The notes beneath the pieces are model-generated. The model was not told where the DNA came from. It saw nothing but the letters and a program-made list of their open reading frames with translations, and did not search any database. From assembly GCA_016840095.1 (NCBI GenBank), contig JAEOSZ010000001.1, positions 1-62,410 on the forward strand: a DNA stretch of 62,410 bases, in the 5' to 3' direction. Shown in pieces: positions 48,830-59,602 of this stretch (positions are counted from its first letter, which is position 1; each line of letters begins with the position of its first letter). This DNA is from Candidatus Heimdallarchaeota archaeon (GTDB lineage: Archaea > Asgardarchaeota > Heimdallarchaeia > Heimdallarchaeales > Heimdallarchaeaceae). Both the position numbers and the translations under genes were made by a program.

Positions 48830-49546
48830 TTATCTAGACATTATTTGATGAATGATTTGATAGTTCTTAGCTTGTTTACCAATTTCCTCTGCTTGACTAT
48901 GTGTTAGATGAAATGGTGTTTCCTTATCCTTATGTGTCCCCTCAATTAGTGCATAATCTACGTCTCTAGCATATTCCTTCAGTTGTTCGAAATATCCTGT
49001 ATCTCCTGTGTAGAGAATTCTTTCTGTACCCTTTTGGATAATATATCCTACGGAAGGAATATCTGGAAGTTTTCCTCCTCCTATTATGGATCCACGATGT
49101 TGAACAGGAAAAGCGGAAATGAGTATGTTATCTAAATCCAAGCCCTCTTCAATTGCAATTAGTTCAAGCTCAAATGGAATTGAATCTCCATAACTATCAG
49201 AGAATGTTCTAACTAGACCTTCTAATTCCACAACATTTGAAGGAGAAATTAATGTAAGTTTCTTGCTTCTATTTATCATCCTGAAGAAAGATAAAAGTGA
49301 AAACAAACCTCCTACATGATCAAAATGTCCATGCGTGATCAAGATTGTATTTATGTTCTCATAATATTTACTGGATAAAGAAACTAAGTCTCTTAAAATT
49401 CCATCTCCAACATCTATCAAAAAATTAGAATCCCTTTCAATATCATTTACAAGTATTTGAGTAGCTAAACCTGCTGAAGAGAATAGAACTTTGACTTGTA
49501 GGTGGTGTCCAATCCAATCCCATGTAACATCCTTATAATCTTGCAT
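48830..49546 (-). CDS. Metallo-beta-lactamase fold hydrolase (RNase Z-like)
   Basis: THGHFDHVGG, YTGDT, IEGT; start approximate. Confidence 0.85.
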   Translation of the reverse strand: MQDYKDVTWDWIGHHLQVKVLFSSAGLATQILVNDIERDSNFLIDVGDGILRDLVSLSSKYYENINTILITHGHFDHVGGLFSLLSFFRMINRSKKLTLISPSNVVELEGLVRTFSDSYGDSIPFELELIAIEEGLDLDNILISAFPVQHRGSIIGGGKLPDIPSVGYIIQKGTERILYTGDTGYFEQLKEYARDVDYALIEGTHKDKETPFHLTHSQAEEIGKQAKNYQIIHQIMSR

Positions 49547-49671
49547 AGATAGAATTGAGATTATTAGCAAATATTTCTTTCGTTTCCTTTGCCGATATAC
49601 TTTTACTTGAAATTGTAATTGGATATCTAATGATATCTCTGCGTAGATTCTTTAGTCGCCCTTTGACAAAG

Positions 49672-50649
49672 ATGTCAATCAAATGGGAAAACAAGAAGAA
49701 GCTACATCTAGCAGCAAGAACAGCTTATTTTCATTATAAGATAAATAAGGAAAATCCAGAAAAATTATTACAAATTGCTGCTCTAGAAATGAAAGCAGAG
49801 AAGTATGAACCAACTATAAAATATCTTGAAGAATATCTCGAAATAAATCCTGATACAAAGAAGGCCTTACTTCTTCTAGGAATTGCATATAGACAGAATA
49901 AAGAGTATGAAAAGGCAATTAAAACTCACTTAAAATGTTTGAAGAAAGGGGAAGAAGAATCAGATATTCTTTATACTTTAGGTATAGATTATGAAAGGGC
50001 AGGAAAGATAAGAACTGCCAAAAGACACTATGCAAAATGTATAGAAATAGACCGTTCTTTTGCTAAATCGTATTTTCGGTTAGCAAGACTCTATATGAAA
50101 GATAAGAAATATGATCTAGCTGTAAACCTTTATCTGGATGGCTTATCTCTGAGAGAAGGCTCAGCAAAGGATTGGATAAACTTATCTTTTTGTTACATAA
50201 ATACCGACAATCTCAAGGCCGCAGAGAAAGTGTTGTTAGAAGCTTTAGAGAATTTCCCTAACTCACCTGAAGTTCTATTTGCTCTTGGAACTTTCTACAT
50301 TAATAAACAAAAATACAAACAAGTTTCAGAGATAATTTCTAAGTTTGATTCAGAGAAGGATTGGTATCTTATTTTATCTTTAAAATTAAAGGAAGCTCTA
50401 GATAAGAAAGAGTACGAAGAAATAGAAGAATTACTTGAGCAAATTACGAAAGAAGATAGAAATGCTGAATATTGGTACATGAACGCGATTGTTTTGTCAA
50501 ACAAAAATGAATCAAAGAAAGCTATCCAGTCTTTACGAAAAGCGTTAGATATGAATCCAAAATTGAAAAAATCTGCCAAGAAGGATGATAATTTTGCTCT
50601 GATTAGAGAATTAGTTGAATTCAAACATATAGTTTATCCAAGAAAATAA
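49672..50649 (+). CDS. TPR-repeat protein
   Basis: Repeated LG.AY/A...Y TPR helices; start uncertain. Confidence 0.85.
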   Translation: MSIKWENKKKLHLAARTAYFHYKINKENPEKLLQIAALEMKAEKYEPTIKYLEEYLEINPDTKKALLLLGIAYRQNKEYEKAIKTHLKCLKKGEEESDILYTLGIDYERAGKIRTAKRHYAKCIEIDRSFAKSYFRLARLYMKDKKYDLAVNLYLDGLSLREGSAKDWINLSFCYINTDNLKAAEKVLLEALENFPNSPEVLFALGTFYINKQKYKQVSEIISKFDSEKDWYLILSLKLKEALDKKEYEEIEELLEQITKEDRNAEYWYMNAIVLSNKNESKKAIQSLRKALDMNPKLKKSAKKDDNFALIRELVEFKHIVYPRK

Positions 50650-50692
50650 TTCACTGAAAATGCTTTGATATGCAGAATTCTTAAATAATTTT

Positions 50693-51136
50693 ATGAGAAA
50701 GAGAGCAGTGATGTCAGACATTAATCGTGATGAGATTATTGAAGCTCTAAAAAAATCCATAAACAGTATTTTTAGCGCATTAGAAAAACTTGATTCAGAA
50801 ACTGTTTTATCCCACTATCACAACCATCCAGATTTCAGATTTACTGGTCTAATTTTTGGACAAGTTCTCAATCTTAACTATGATGAGTTTACTATGGCTA
50901 TGAAAGGTGCATATGAAACTATGATAGAGCAAAAAATGATTAGAGAAACAGAATTTTTCAATGTTCTTTCAGAAACAGTAGTATTGTACAGTACTTCAGG
51001 GATAGGATGTCAAATACCAAAAGAAGGAGAAAGAATGGACTTCCTAGTTTCCATTACACAGATATACTTGTTAATAGACGGGGAATGGAAAGTAATACAT
51101 GAAACAGAGTCAGCAATACCAAAAACAGTAGAATAA
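50693..51136 (+). CDS. NTF2/SnoaL-like protein
   Basis: TQIYLLIDGEWKVIHETES C-terminus. Confidence 0.8.
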   Translation: MRKRAVMSDINRDEIIEALKKSINSIFSALEKLDSETVLSHYHNHPDFRFTGLIFGQVLNLNYDEFTMAMKGAYETMIEQKMIRETEFFNVLSETVVLYSTSGIGCQIPKEGERMDFLVSITQIYLLIDGEWKVIHETESAIPKTVE

Positions 51137-51246
51137 TTGCATCTGAAAAACAAGAAAAGAAGCTCAAGCTAAAAGAAATTAACATCTAAAGGATAGAAAA
51201 CTTTTTTATTAAAGTAAAGAAGGAAAAAGTAGCTCAAATAAGAAAA

Positions 51247-51321
51247 GCGGAGATAGCAAAGTGGCCTATGCACCGGTCTGCAAAACCGAGTACCGGAGTT
51301 CAATTCTCCGTCTCCGCTCCA
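51247..51321 (+). tRNA. tRNA-Cys(GCA)
   Basis: GCGGAGA/TCTCCGC acceptor, CTGCAAA loop, U73, CCA. Confidence 0.95.
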
Positions 51322-51336
51322 ATTTTTATTTCTAAC

Positions 51337-52449
51337 CTACAATACACTCCTCAATGCTGTTAGTAACCTTTCAACATTCTTTACTTGAGCTGTATGTCCC
51401 ATTAACCCAATTCGCCAAATCTTTCCTGCTAAAGGCCCTAACCCTCCACCAATTTCGATATTGTGTTCAAACCGAAGTTTTTTCCTAACTTCTGCTTCAT
51501 CAATACCTTCAGGAATAGCTACTGCGTTAAGCATTGGAAGACGGTACTTTTCCTCAACATACATTTTCAAGCCCAATTCTTCCAAACCTACCCTTAAATT
51601 ATTGTGACATTCCACATGTCGTTGGAAAACATTTTTTGCTCCTTCTTCAAAGAAGAGCAGGAGTGATTGATATAATGCGTACAGCATGTTTATGGGTGCA
51701 GTATGATGATATGCTCGTTTGTGATCTTTTTGCCAATATTCTCCAACCAAACTCATGTCCAAATACCAGTTTGGAACCTTGGTCTTTCTATTTTTAACCT
51801 TAAGCAGAGCCTTCTCTGAAAAACTAACAGGAGCTAAACCAGGAGGTACTGATAAACACTTCTGGGTTCCACTATAAATTGCATCAATTCCCCATTCGTC
51901 TACTTTGATTTCAATCCCTCCAAGGCTTGTAACTGCATCCACTAAGAATAAACTTTCAGTTTCTTTAATTATGTGTGATATTTCCTCTATTGGATTTTTT
52001 ACTCCAGTGGATGTTTCTGCATGGACCATTGCAATAAGATTATAGGAATTCCTTGCTAGTTTTTCTTTTACTTGACCAGGATCAATTGGTGTCCCCCATT
52101 CAAATTCCATGACTTCTACATCTGCACCTAAACGAGTAGCAACTTCGCACATTCTCTTTCCAAAAACTCCATTTATCAAAATTAAGACTTTATCTTTTGG
52201 TTCAATCAAGTTAACAAAACAAGTTTCCATTCCTGCAGACCCTGTTCCTGATACTGGAATTGTCAATTTATTGTCAGTATTCAATATTTTTTGTAACAAT
52301 ACTTGAATTTGATCCATTATTTTAATGAAATGTGGATCTAGATGCCCTAGAGTGAAACGATTGAGGGCTTTGTATACTTCCGGATGGACACAAGACGGTC
52401 CTGGTCCCATTAATAAAATTTCATCAATACCATCTAACAAATTTGTCAT
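51337..52449 (-). CDS. Alanine-glyoxylate / serine-pyruvate aminotransferase (class V)
   Basis: MGPGPS, HAETSTG, DAVTSLGG, SGTQKCL, YHHTAP. Confidence 0.93.
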   Translation of the reverse strand: MTNLLDGIDEILLMGPGPSCVHPEVYKALNRFTLGHLDPHFIKIMDQIQVLLQKILNTDNKLTIPVSGTGSAGMETCFVNLIEPKDKVLILINGVFGKRMCEVATRLGADVEVMEFEWGTPIDPGQVKEKLARNSYNLIAMVHAETSTGVKNPIEEISHIIKETESLFLVDAVTSLGGIEIKVDEWGIDAIYSGTQKCLSVPPGLAPVSFSEKALLKVKNRKTKVPNWYLDMSLVGEYWQKDHKRAYHHTAPINMLYALYQSLLLFFEEGAKNVFQRHVECHNNLRVGLEELGLKMYVEEKYRLPMLNAVAIPEGIDEAEVRKKLRFEHNIEIGGGLGPLAGKIWRIGLMGHTAQVKNVERLLTALRSVL

Positions 52450-52476
52450 GTTTTTTCACTTCTCAAGGATACTCTA

Positions 52477-52878
52477 GTGTTCTATTTCTTAAGTTTTTTA
52501 CAAGGAATTCTATTGTATATATTCTTTAGGTATTATAGCGATTTATATTTGAAAAGAGAAGAAAAAGATAGAGAAAACAGAATAAAATATCTGAAAATGG
52601 TGATATTGATGGTTTATGATGTGATTACTAAAATCTGTCGGGAAGAGAAAATGGAACATGAACCATTCTATAAATCAATTAAACTTAAGGGAGATACAAT
52701 ATTGCTGTATAGGGAAAAAGTAGTAAAAGAGTCAGTTGCTTACAAGCACTACAAAGAATGGAAAAAAAGCAAAGATGAAGATAAACAAGAAGAAATTGAT
52801 GATGTTATTGAGAAGCTGAGAGAATATTTCAAGGAACGATTGATAGTTTTCTATAAAAGTAGCGAGATTACAGCATAA
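52477..52878 (+). CDS. Hypothetical protein (start uncertain, probably shorter)
   Basis: Open frame of charged residues; no confident family. Confidence 0.4.
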   Translation: MFYFLSFLQGILLYIFFRYYSDLYLKREEKDRENRIKYLKMVILMVYDVITKICREEKMEHEPFYKSIKLKGDTILLYREKVVKESVAYKHYKEWKKSKDEDKQEEIDDVIEKLREYFKERLIVFYKSSEITA

Positions 52879-53002
52879 TCTTCCCTCCACTTCTGTATAT
52901 CAACGATATCTTCTTCGTATTAGCTATTTTAGCTCATCTTTCATGTTTACGCTTTCGAAACATATATCAACAATGCTTATACAATTGTTGTAGGTAATTG
53001 CA

Positions 53003-53890
53003 ATGACATTCATAGTTTTCATTGGAGGCCTATTCGAATATAATTCTGGAAAAACTACGTTTGCAAAAGAAATAATCTCTTCGTTTGAAAAAGATCTTTC
53101 TATGAAAACAGCCCCTTTTAAGCCTTTAAGTGGGAATAATTTATTCTTTCACTATGAGGAAATAAAAAAGAACGCCAAAAAACATGAAAACATAGTTTCT
53201 TTGGACATTGTCGAATTAATGAAATCTTCATCTGTTGAAATCAAAACGATTCTTACAAATCCTGTTCACAAACTAAATACTCAAGCATTACCATATAATT
53301 TCTATAAAGAAGGTTCCATTAATACTCTCCTTTCTCGTTATTCCAGTAGTGTTTCTCTAATGCAACGGTTTACAATTTACAAATCTGAAACTGAGACAGA
53401 ATCTTGTTTTCTGGTGAATGAACCCATATATAAAAATCCAAAATTCTGGAATGATCAAGCTCTTACGGAACCAATTCTGGAAAAAGCAAAAGAGATAAAA
53501 TACTTCAAAAACGACCAGGAATTTTATTCTTTAAACAACCAATATTATGCTGAAGCTACAAAAACCTCGTTTGACCATATCAAGAAAAACTCCGAAATCA
53601 CTGTAGTTGAAAGCTTCAACAATTCTGCTCATCCCGCGTGGTGTATTAGGGAATCAGATGCAGTAGTTATCGTAGGACCTGGATCTCTTTTCATATATGA
53701 ACCAGATGCATATTTTAGAGCAATTGATAATTACCGAACTATAAATATCACCAAAGTTACTACAACAGAAGAGATACTAAAGATAGCAACACCAGTTGAG
53801 GTACTCCCATTCCCTGTTGATTCCGATGAAAGAAAGAAAATAATTACAGATTTTACTACTAGTATATCAGACAAAATCAAAGCAAAGTAA
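53003..53890 (+). CDS. P-loop NTPase of dethiobiotin-synthetase-like fold
   Basis: NSGKTT, PFKPLSG, VVESFNN. Confidence 0.75.
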   Translation: MTFIVFIGGLFEYNSGKTTFAKEIISSFEKDLSMKTAPFKPLSGNNLFFHYEEIKKNAKKHENIVSLDIVELMKSSSVEIKTILTNPVHKLNTQALPYNFYKEGSINTLLSRYSSSVSLMQRFTIYKSETETESCFLVNEPIYKNPKFWNDQALTEPILEKAKEIKYFKNDQEFYSLNNQYYAEATKTSFDHIKKNSEITVVESFNNSAHPAWCIRESDAVVIVGPGSLFIYEPDAYFRAIDNYRTINITKVTTTEEILKIATPVEVLPFPVDSDERKKIITDFTTSISDKIKAK

Positions 53891-53971
53891 AAGTTTCAAA
53901 TTTAGTTTCCCATTATTTTTGTTGTCTTTTTATGTGGGAATACGGTTTTATTATTAAATTGGTGAAATACT

Positions 53972-54376
53972 TTGTCAATATATAGCCCTCAATATGGAAT
54001 GGAATCCATCAACGCAGAACTTCTGGAATGCATCAATGAATTACGCTTTCGATCTGTAGGGATAGTAGATGTTGCAGTAGTGTCCTTAGAAGGACTCCCA
54101 TTGGTCTCTTTAGTTCTAGAGAGAGTGGAAGAAACTAGGTTTGCTGCAATGACTGCTGCTATGCTTTCTTTAGGTGAAAGAGTAGCTACAGAGCTTAACA
54201 AAGGTCTTCTAAAGAAGATTTTTGTTGAAGGAGATCATGGATATATTATCTCAATGCAAGCAGGAGAAAATGCTGTCTTAACTGTAAGTGCAACAGCTGA
54301 TACAAAACTTGGTTTGCTATTCTTAGATATGGAACGCGCTTCTGCAAAAGTAGCTAAAATTCTTACCTATCGTTAA
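53972..54376 (+). CDS. Roadblock/LC7 domain protein
   Basis: VVSLEGL, AAMTAAMLSLGER, VEGDHGY, KLGLLFLDM. Confidence 0.92.
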   Translation: MSIYSPQYGMESINAELLECINELRFRSVGIVDVAVVSLEGLPLVSLVLERVEETRFAAMTAAMLSLGERVATELNKGLLKKIFVEGDHGYIISMQAGENAVLTVSATADTKLGLLFLDMERASAKVAKILTYR

Positions 54377-54571
54377 TTTGATGTGTTTGCAATTAGTTCA
54401 ACTTTTATTAGTTCACAAGCAAGAGATTCTGTGGTTTCATCACTAGTGTTTTTTTAAGATAGAGTTCTACAACACTCCTGTCATGGGTTTTGGTTTAGAA
54501 AAACATAACCTTAAGACAAAAACCTATACGAAAAAGAGAAAAAGGATTAATTATATGTAGAACTGATTTGT

Positions 54572-56779
54572 TTGAATTCCGAAAAAAAGTATTTTCTATC
54601 TCAAGTTGAAAAGGATATACAGAATCTACATAAGGAATTAGACAAATCTTTTGAATCAAGCGGAAAAAAGGGAACAGGTAGCTATTATACTCCAAATTTT
54701 ATAGCACAATATATAGTTGAGAAAGCTATATCAACCTCTCTTCTTGATAAACTAAACAAATTAACCAAAAAGCAATTTATGAGTGTGGATGAAGCAATAA
54801 ACAAGCAAGATTCTGAAATCTCTTTACTATTACTGAATAATGTTCTACCTAATTTCGCAGTATGTGATATTGCTATGGGATGGGGAATTTTTCTTTTACA
54901 TAGCTTTGACTACCTTTTTGGTATCTATAAACATGCTAAATCAGTTTTAGAAGATTCTACTAAGGAAAATGTTGAAAGATATGTCATAAATTCTATCATC
55001 TCAAACAATCTATATGGAACAGATTTATCTTCAATTTCAATTGAATTAGCAAAGGTAAAGTTTGCACATAAAGCACTTAAGATTCTGAAAAAAGAGGAGA
55101 TTATTCTACCATCATTTAATTTCAAAGTAGGAAATAGTTTAGTGGGTTCGTCTTTTACAGAAAGAAGTTCTAGCTATTCAAAGTTTCGCAATGAAATACT
55201 TGATAGTGTTACTAGCAGCAATAGAGAAGAAGTAAATAGATGGTTGAAAAATGAAGTTCATCTAAACTGGGATCATGTTTTTCCAGAAATATCCAAAAGA
55301 AAAGGATTTGATGTTGTTGTAGGTAACCCCCCCTACATTAACGTAAAACGGATGAATATCTATGGAAGAAAAGTATATTCTGAATTGTATGAAACTTATA
55401 ATCCTAATGGAGATATCTCAAACGTTTTCTGGGAAAGAGGTTTAGATTTATGTAACTCTGAAGGATTGGTTTCCTTCATCACTCCTAGATATTGGCTTGA
55501 AGGTAATGATAGTAATAGACTGAGAAAATATCTTCTATCAAATTCTGAAATACTTGAAATCATTGATTTTAGAAGTAACAGGACACTTTTTTCATCAACA
55601 GAAAGTAAATTGGGAGTAGATACTTGTATAGCTTTCCTTCGTAAATCTAAATCAAAGAATTTCCCATTTGATGTTTATTTTGCACAGGATAATAATGTTA
55701 TGTGCTCAATAGATAAGAATAGATTGAAGCACACACAGATACATCAATTGAATCTTTCAGAAAAAAAATGGGCTTTTGAGATAACACCTATTATTTCCAA
55801 AATCACCAAATATGCGGATTATCATCTAGGAGAGGATAAAAAATACGGAGATTTTACAGGCATTTGTAAGATTGGGAAGGGGTGTTCTACTGGAAATAAT
55901 AGAATTTTCAAATTGAAACAAATATCTAATTTAGTCTATGTTGGTGCAAAAAACATAACACTAACATTAAGTTCAGAGGAAAGAGATTGCTTAAGACTTC
56001 TTATCAAGAACAGTGATATTTCCCCCTTTCATTGGACCACGAGAAATGAATTTTGGATATTTCTCAAAGACAAGGATATTGGAGATTATCCAAATATTAG
56101 CAAATATCTACTTAAATTCAAGGAGAAGCTTGAAAACACAAAGAAGAAATATGGATTAAAGAGTTTTTACGATTACGCTGCATATAGATCTTTAGATTTA
56201 ATTCAAAACATACCTAAAATTATTTGCCCGTATCAATCAGATAGGAATAAATTCACGATTATGGGGTCAGAATCTCCTCCTACAATTAATGAAACTGATG
56301 TCATTACTCTGGTTATTCAAGATAAATTCAATCAAGAAATAGGGTGGTATTATCTATTATCTGTTCTGAATTCCGAAATTATTACCTATTATTCTAGGAT
56401 TATGAATAAAAAGATATACAATCTGTATGATTTTCGAACAAACCAAATAGCGAATTTTCCAATAAGAAAATGCAAGAATAATGCACTTTTTAGTAGAATT
56501 GTTACTGAATTAATCGATATTAGAAAATCAATTCCTTATTCTCTGAGTGTCCAAAAATACTCAAATGAACTGCATTCTATACTCAATTTTCTTGTATATG
56601 AAACATATTTTAGAGAATCTCTCTCAACTCAACTGCACGATATAATAGAAGAAAAATTAGTTTCGACACCCATCAATGAAGTAACTGCAGAAAAAAGAGT
56701 GTTAGAAGAAATACAAGAGATAGTTTCTTTCGAGGATGTTAGACAGATAAGAAAAAGTATTGGAAAGATTTCAAATTAG
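54572..56779 (+). CDS. N6-adenine DNA methyltransferase (Eco57I/TaqI-like, gamma class), apparently orphan
   Basis: GSYYTP, variant motif I CDIAMGWG, GNSL, GFDVVVGNPPY, C-terminal TaqI-like LSVLNS. Confidence 0.88.
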   Translation: MNSEKKYFLSQVEKDIQNLHKELDKSFESSGKKGTGSYYTPNFIAQYIVEKAISTSLLDKLNKLTKKQFMSVDEAINKQDSEISLLLLNNVLPNFAVCDIAMGWGIFLLHSFDYLFGIYKHAKSVLEDSTKENVERYVINSIISNNLYGTDLSSISIELAKVKFAHKALKILKKEEIILPSFNFKVGNSLVGSSFTERSSSYSKFRNEILDSVTSSNREEVNRWLKNEVHLNWDHVFPEISKRKGFDVVVGNPPYINVKRMNIYGRKVYSELYETYNPNGDISNVFWERGLDLCNSEGLVSFITPRYWLEGNDSNRLRKYLLSNSEILEIIDFRSNRTLFSSTESKLGVDTCIAFLRKSKSKNFPFDVYFAQDNNVMCSIDKNRLKHTQIHQLNLSEKKWAFEITPIISKITKYADYHLGEDKKYGDFTGICKIGKGCSTGNNRIFKLKQISNLVYVGAKNITLTLSSEERDCLRLLIKNSDISPFHWTTRNEFWIFLKDKDIGDYPNISKYLLKFKEKLENTKKKYGLKSFYDYAAYRSLDLIQNIPKIICPYQSDRNKFTIMGSESPPTINETDVITLVIQDKFNQEIGWYYLLSVLNSEIITYYSRIMNKKIYNLYDFRTNQIANFPIRKCKNNALFSRIVTELIDIRKSIPYSLSVQKYSNELHSILNFLVYETYFRESLSTQLHDIIEEKLVSTPINEVTAEKRVLEEIQEIVSFEDVRQIRKSIGKISN

Positions 56780-57673
56780 ATTCCTCTCTTCTAACCATAT
56801 TTTTGGGGTTGAAAATATAACTTTATCAGATTCCTGTAGTCTGTTTATAAGATTGTCAAAGATTTGAACGTTCTCTTCGATTTCTAATTTTGTTAGATAT
56901 CTTTCTTGAGAAATGTTATATGAGAAGTGCCAAGAGTGTAGATTAATTGAGATGTATGAATCATCTTCTTGAGAATTATTAACCAATTGAAGATAGTTAT
57001 TGATAACATCTTCTGCGTTTCTTTTACCTTCAAACAAAGGCCACAAGTATGTGTACATTCCCCCCATTACACTATCTTTTGGTGTTTTTATTACTGGAAA
57101 CTCCAAAATAGAATCGAATATTTCATGTGGTGTTATTGCTTTCACAGATTCTTCATAGAGTGAACTGTCATAACAAATTTTTAGTTCGCTCAATATGTCA
57201 AAAGTATTCATAGTGTGCTTCATGTAAGGTGCCCTAAAACCATAAACCTTAGTATCTAGAATAGATTCAACCACTGTTTGAGTATCTTTAATGATTTGTA
57301 ATTCTTTATCTCTATCTAAGAGTATTCCCGTTTCTTCCCCTGTTAGGTCTTCGTGATCAAAACCATGTATTCCGTGTTCAAAAATATCCTTCTTCAAGAG
57401 AGATATATAATTTGGATTATTTGAGTTTAGAATTTGCAAACTTCTTGCTTCAAAATAAAAAACTGAAGGGACGTTGAAATCAATTAGGTATTTGATTAAT
57501 GGTTCAAAGCAGTTAAGGCTTCCCTTAAGAGATGCGGATAGCTTAGGACTATCAAGAATATCCTTTGATTGATTTCTAAGTGGATAACTAATGGCATGTT
57601 GTAAATTCTTGATGGGTATTGCATAATCCCGATCAAAATCAATACAAACAAAGATGTTTACCAACTGTTTCAC
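56771..57673 (-). CDS. Polysaccharide deacetylase family protein
   Basis: IDFD, HGFDH, GFRAPY, YDSS, LHSW. Confidence 0.88.
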   Translation of the reverse strand: MKQLVNIFVCIDFDRDYAIPIKNLQHAISYPLRNQSKDILDSPKLSASLKGSLNCFEPLIKYLIDFNVPSVFYFEARSLQILNSNNPNYISLLKKDIFEHGIHGFDHEDLTGEETGILLDRDKELQIIKDTQTVVESILDTKVYGFRAPYMKHTMNTFDILSELKICYDSSLYEESVKAITPHEIFDSILEFPVIKTPKDSVMGGMYTYLWPLFEGKRNAEDVINNYLQLVNNSQEDDSYISINLHSWHFSYNISQERYLTKLEIEENVQIFDNLINRLQESDKVIFSTPKIWLEERNLI

Positions 57674-57694
57674 TCTCTATTTTGCTCCTTTTCT

Positions 57695-57937
57695 TTACAG
57701 AGCTAAAATTATTGTTTTTCCTCGAATCTCTACAACTCTACTCTCAGTCAACTTTGATATGTTTTCTGCTATGGCTTTAATAGATTCTGAGGGAACTACT
57801 TGTAAGCATTTTATTTTTAATGCCTTATCCTTTTTTAGGACGTTCTTTATTTCATGAATGACATTCTCCGTTATTCCATTCTTACCTATCCTGATTTTTG
57901 GAGGTTCATGACGAATCTTGTTAATATTATAGTCCAT
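57695..57937 (-). CDS. YhbY/CRM RNA-binding protein
   Basis: IRIGKNGIT, LKIKC, VEIRGKT; likely start 57937. Confidence 0.9.
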   Translation of the reverse strand: MDYNINKIRHEPPKIRIGKNGITENVIHEIKNVLKKDKALKIKCLQVVPSESIKAIAENISKLTESRVVEIRGKTIILAL

Positions 57938-58310
57938 TCTTAACCTCCTTACTCTTGTAATATGGTACTCTTGTATACTTATTGCAGTGATCACATTTAA
58001 TTGCAATAACTCTGTTGGTAGATGAAAGTCTAACTCTGCAATTAATTCCTGGATAAAGGAATGCTTTACAGTGTTTACAGAACCTTTTCTTCCATTCTGG
58101 AGGGAACTTTATCCTCGTTTTCATCTGGATTTTGCGTGCTTGTTTTGCAAATTGCTGAGCTTTTTCCATATCTTCTGAAATAATCTCGTCTGCTTTTATG
58201 AGTAAAGAAACAACTTGTTCTTGATAATCCTCTTGAGATAAAATCTGAAACCTATGTTTTCGATTTCTTCTCTTTTTAGTACGTTGCGAGGTTTTTACAC
58301 TATTTGGCAT
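57927..58310 (-). CDS. rnp4: RNase P protein Rpp21
   Basis: KKRFCKHC...PG.NCRVRL...CDHC...R.PY. Confidence 0.93.
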   Translation of the reverse strand: MPNSVKTSQRTKKRRNRKHRFQILSQEDYQEQVVSLLIKADEIISEDMEKAQQFAKQARKIQMKTRIKFPPEWKKRFCKHCKAFLYPGINCRVRLSSTNRVIAIKCDHCNKYTRVPYYKSKEVKNGL

Positions 58311-58411
58311 GTTGTCTCTTCCTTATTGGATGAGAAGAAGTTACCTTATCAACGTTTCTTTTTGATTTATTTTACATAATACAGCTCAACTTGAAGAGAC
58401 ACATCTAACAT

Positions 58412-59542
58412 CTAGGGGGGTGAAGGTATATTCTTTATTAGCTTTTTAATTTCCTTTTCAGATACGATCTGACCATAAGGAAATAAGGGATTTTGTTCAG
58501 TTCCTTCTTCAGGATTTTGAGAAGCAGGTTTTTCGTTTATTGTTTGTTGTTGGCCAGATGCTAATACAATGATTGACTTTTCTTTGATTTCTTGGTCAGG
58601 TTTAGTTTTCCTTCTAACAAAGCTTGGAAATTTAACACTCTTCAGAAGAGGAAATAATCTAATTCGATATTTATTTTGATGGCTGATTTCTCTTTTTCGA
58701 ATCGATTTCATTGGTTTGCTCTGTTTAATTTGTCTAGATTTTATGCTGGGGATAAATTTCTCAATTTTGAAATATGTATTCCAAGAAGCTTGTATATCGG
58801 ACTTGTTGGTTAATCCCAACAGAAAGAGGATTTTACTGCGTTTAATTTCATTTAGAGAATGAAATCTTATTGAAAAGTTCATTTTATCCTTATATTGAAG
58901 AGATATTATTTTCAGTTGTTGTAAGTATTCTATGCAATCATCAAAAGTTGTAGTGCAATACGTTAATAGGATACCCTTTTTGTGTTTATTTTCTCTGTTT
59001 TTTCCTTCTTTCAATATCCTTGAACTCAGATTTAGATTACTTTGTTTAAATGACAGTAAATCGTGAAAATACTGTGATATGTGATTTGGCTCTTCATCTG
59101 AAAATATGATTGAAGAAAAAACCATGTATTTTTCTCCTATCTTGATTATCCTTGATTCCGATGTTTTTCTAAGAGGTGAGAAGTAACTCTCCTGCAAACC
59201 TTCTGCAAAATTGTGATGATTAATTCTTGAAATAACAAGAAATGGACTTACTGGAGCTATTTTTTGTATTTTTTCTAGAAGATTGGATACTTTGTCAATA
59301 ACTTCACCAACATTTTGTGCGGAAATAATCAAATAGAGCTTCATTGAAGTTTCAGCCATTTGAATGACATAGGAATAACCAAAGGAATCAAAGTAACTAG
59401 ACATTCTCCTTGAAAGTTGAGTGAGAACACCTTCTTCCATTTTAGTTAATGAGAAACCTATAACAGAAATTGCTTGTTTTTCGGATTCTAGGGTTATAAA
59501 ATCCTCTGTGTGGTGAATTTGAAATTTTGACATATTATTCAA
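58412..59542 (-). CDS. Hypothetical protein downstream of ftsZ
   Basis: 376-aa ORF with basic/disordered C-terminus; no family recognised. Confidence 0.6.
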   Translation of the reverse strand: MNNMSKFQIHHTEDFITLESEKQAISVIGFSLTKMEEGVLTQLSRRMSSYFDSFGYSYVIQMAETSMKLYLIISAQNVGEVIDKVSNLLEKIQKIAPVSPFLVISRINHHNFAEGLQESYFSPLRKTSESRIIKIGEKYMVFSSIIFSDEEPNHISQYFHDLLSFKQSNLNLSSRILKEGKNRENKHKKGILLTYCTTTFDDCIEYLQQLKIISLQYKDKMNFSIRFHSLNEIKRSKILFLLGLTNKSDIQASWNTYFKIEKFIPSIKSRQIKQSKPMKSIRKREISHQNKYRIRLFPLLKSVKFPSFVRRKTKPDQEIKEKSIIVLASGQQQTINEKPASQNPEEGTEQNPLFPYGQIVSEKEIKKLIKNIPSPP

Positions 59543-59602
59543 TAATATATATAGAAAAGAGCATAAAAACCCAAAAAATAATTTGGGAGGAGAGGAAATT
59601 CA

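Noticed and set aside
52477-52878. Immunity-protein (Imm74-like) call
   Set aside because: Resemblance is only impressionistic and no toxin gene is adjacent.
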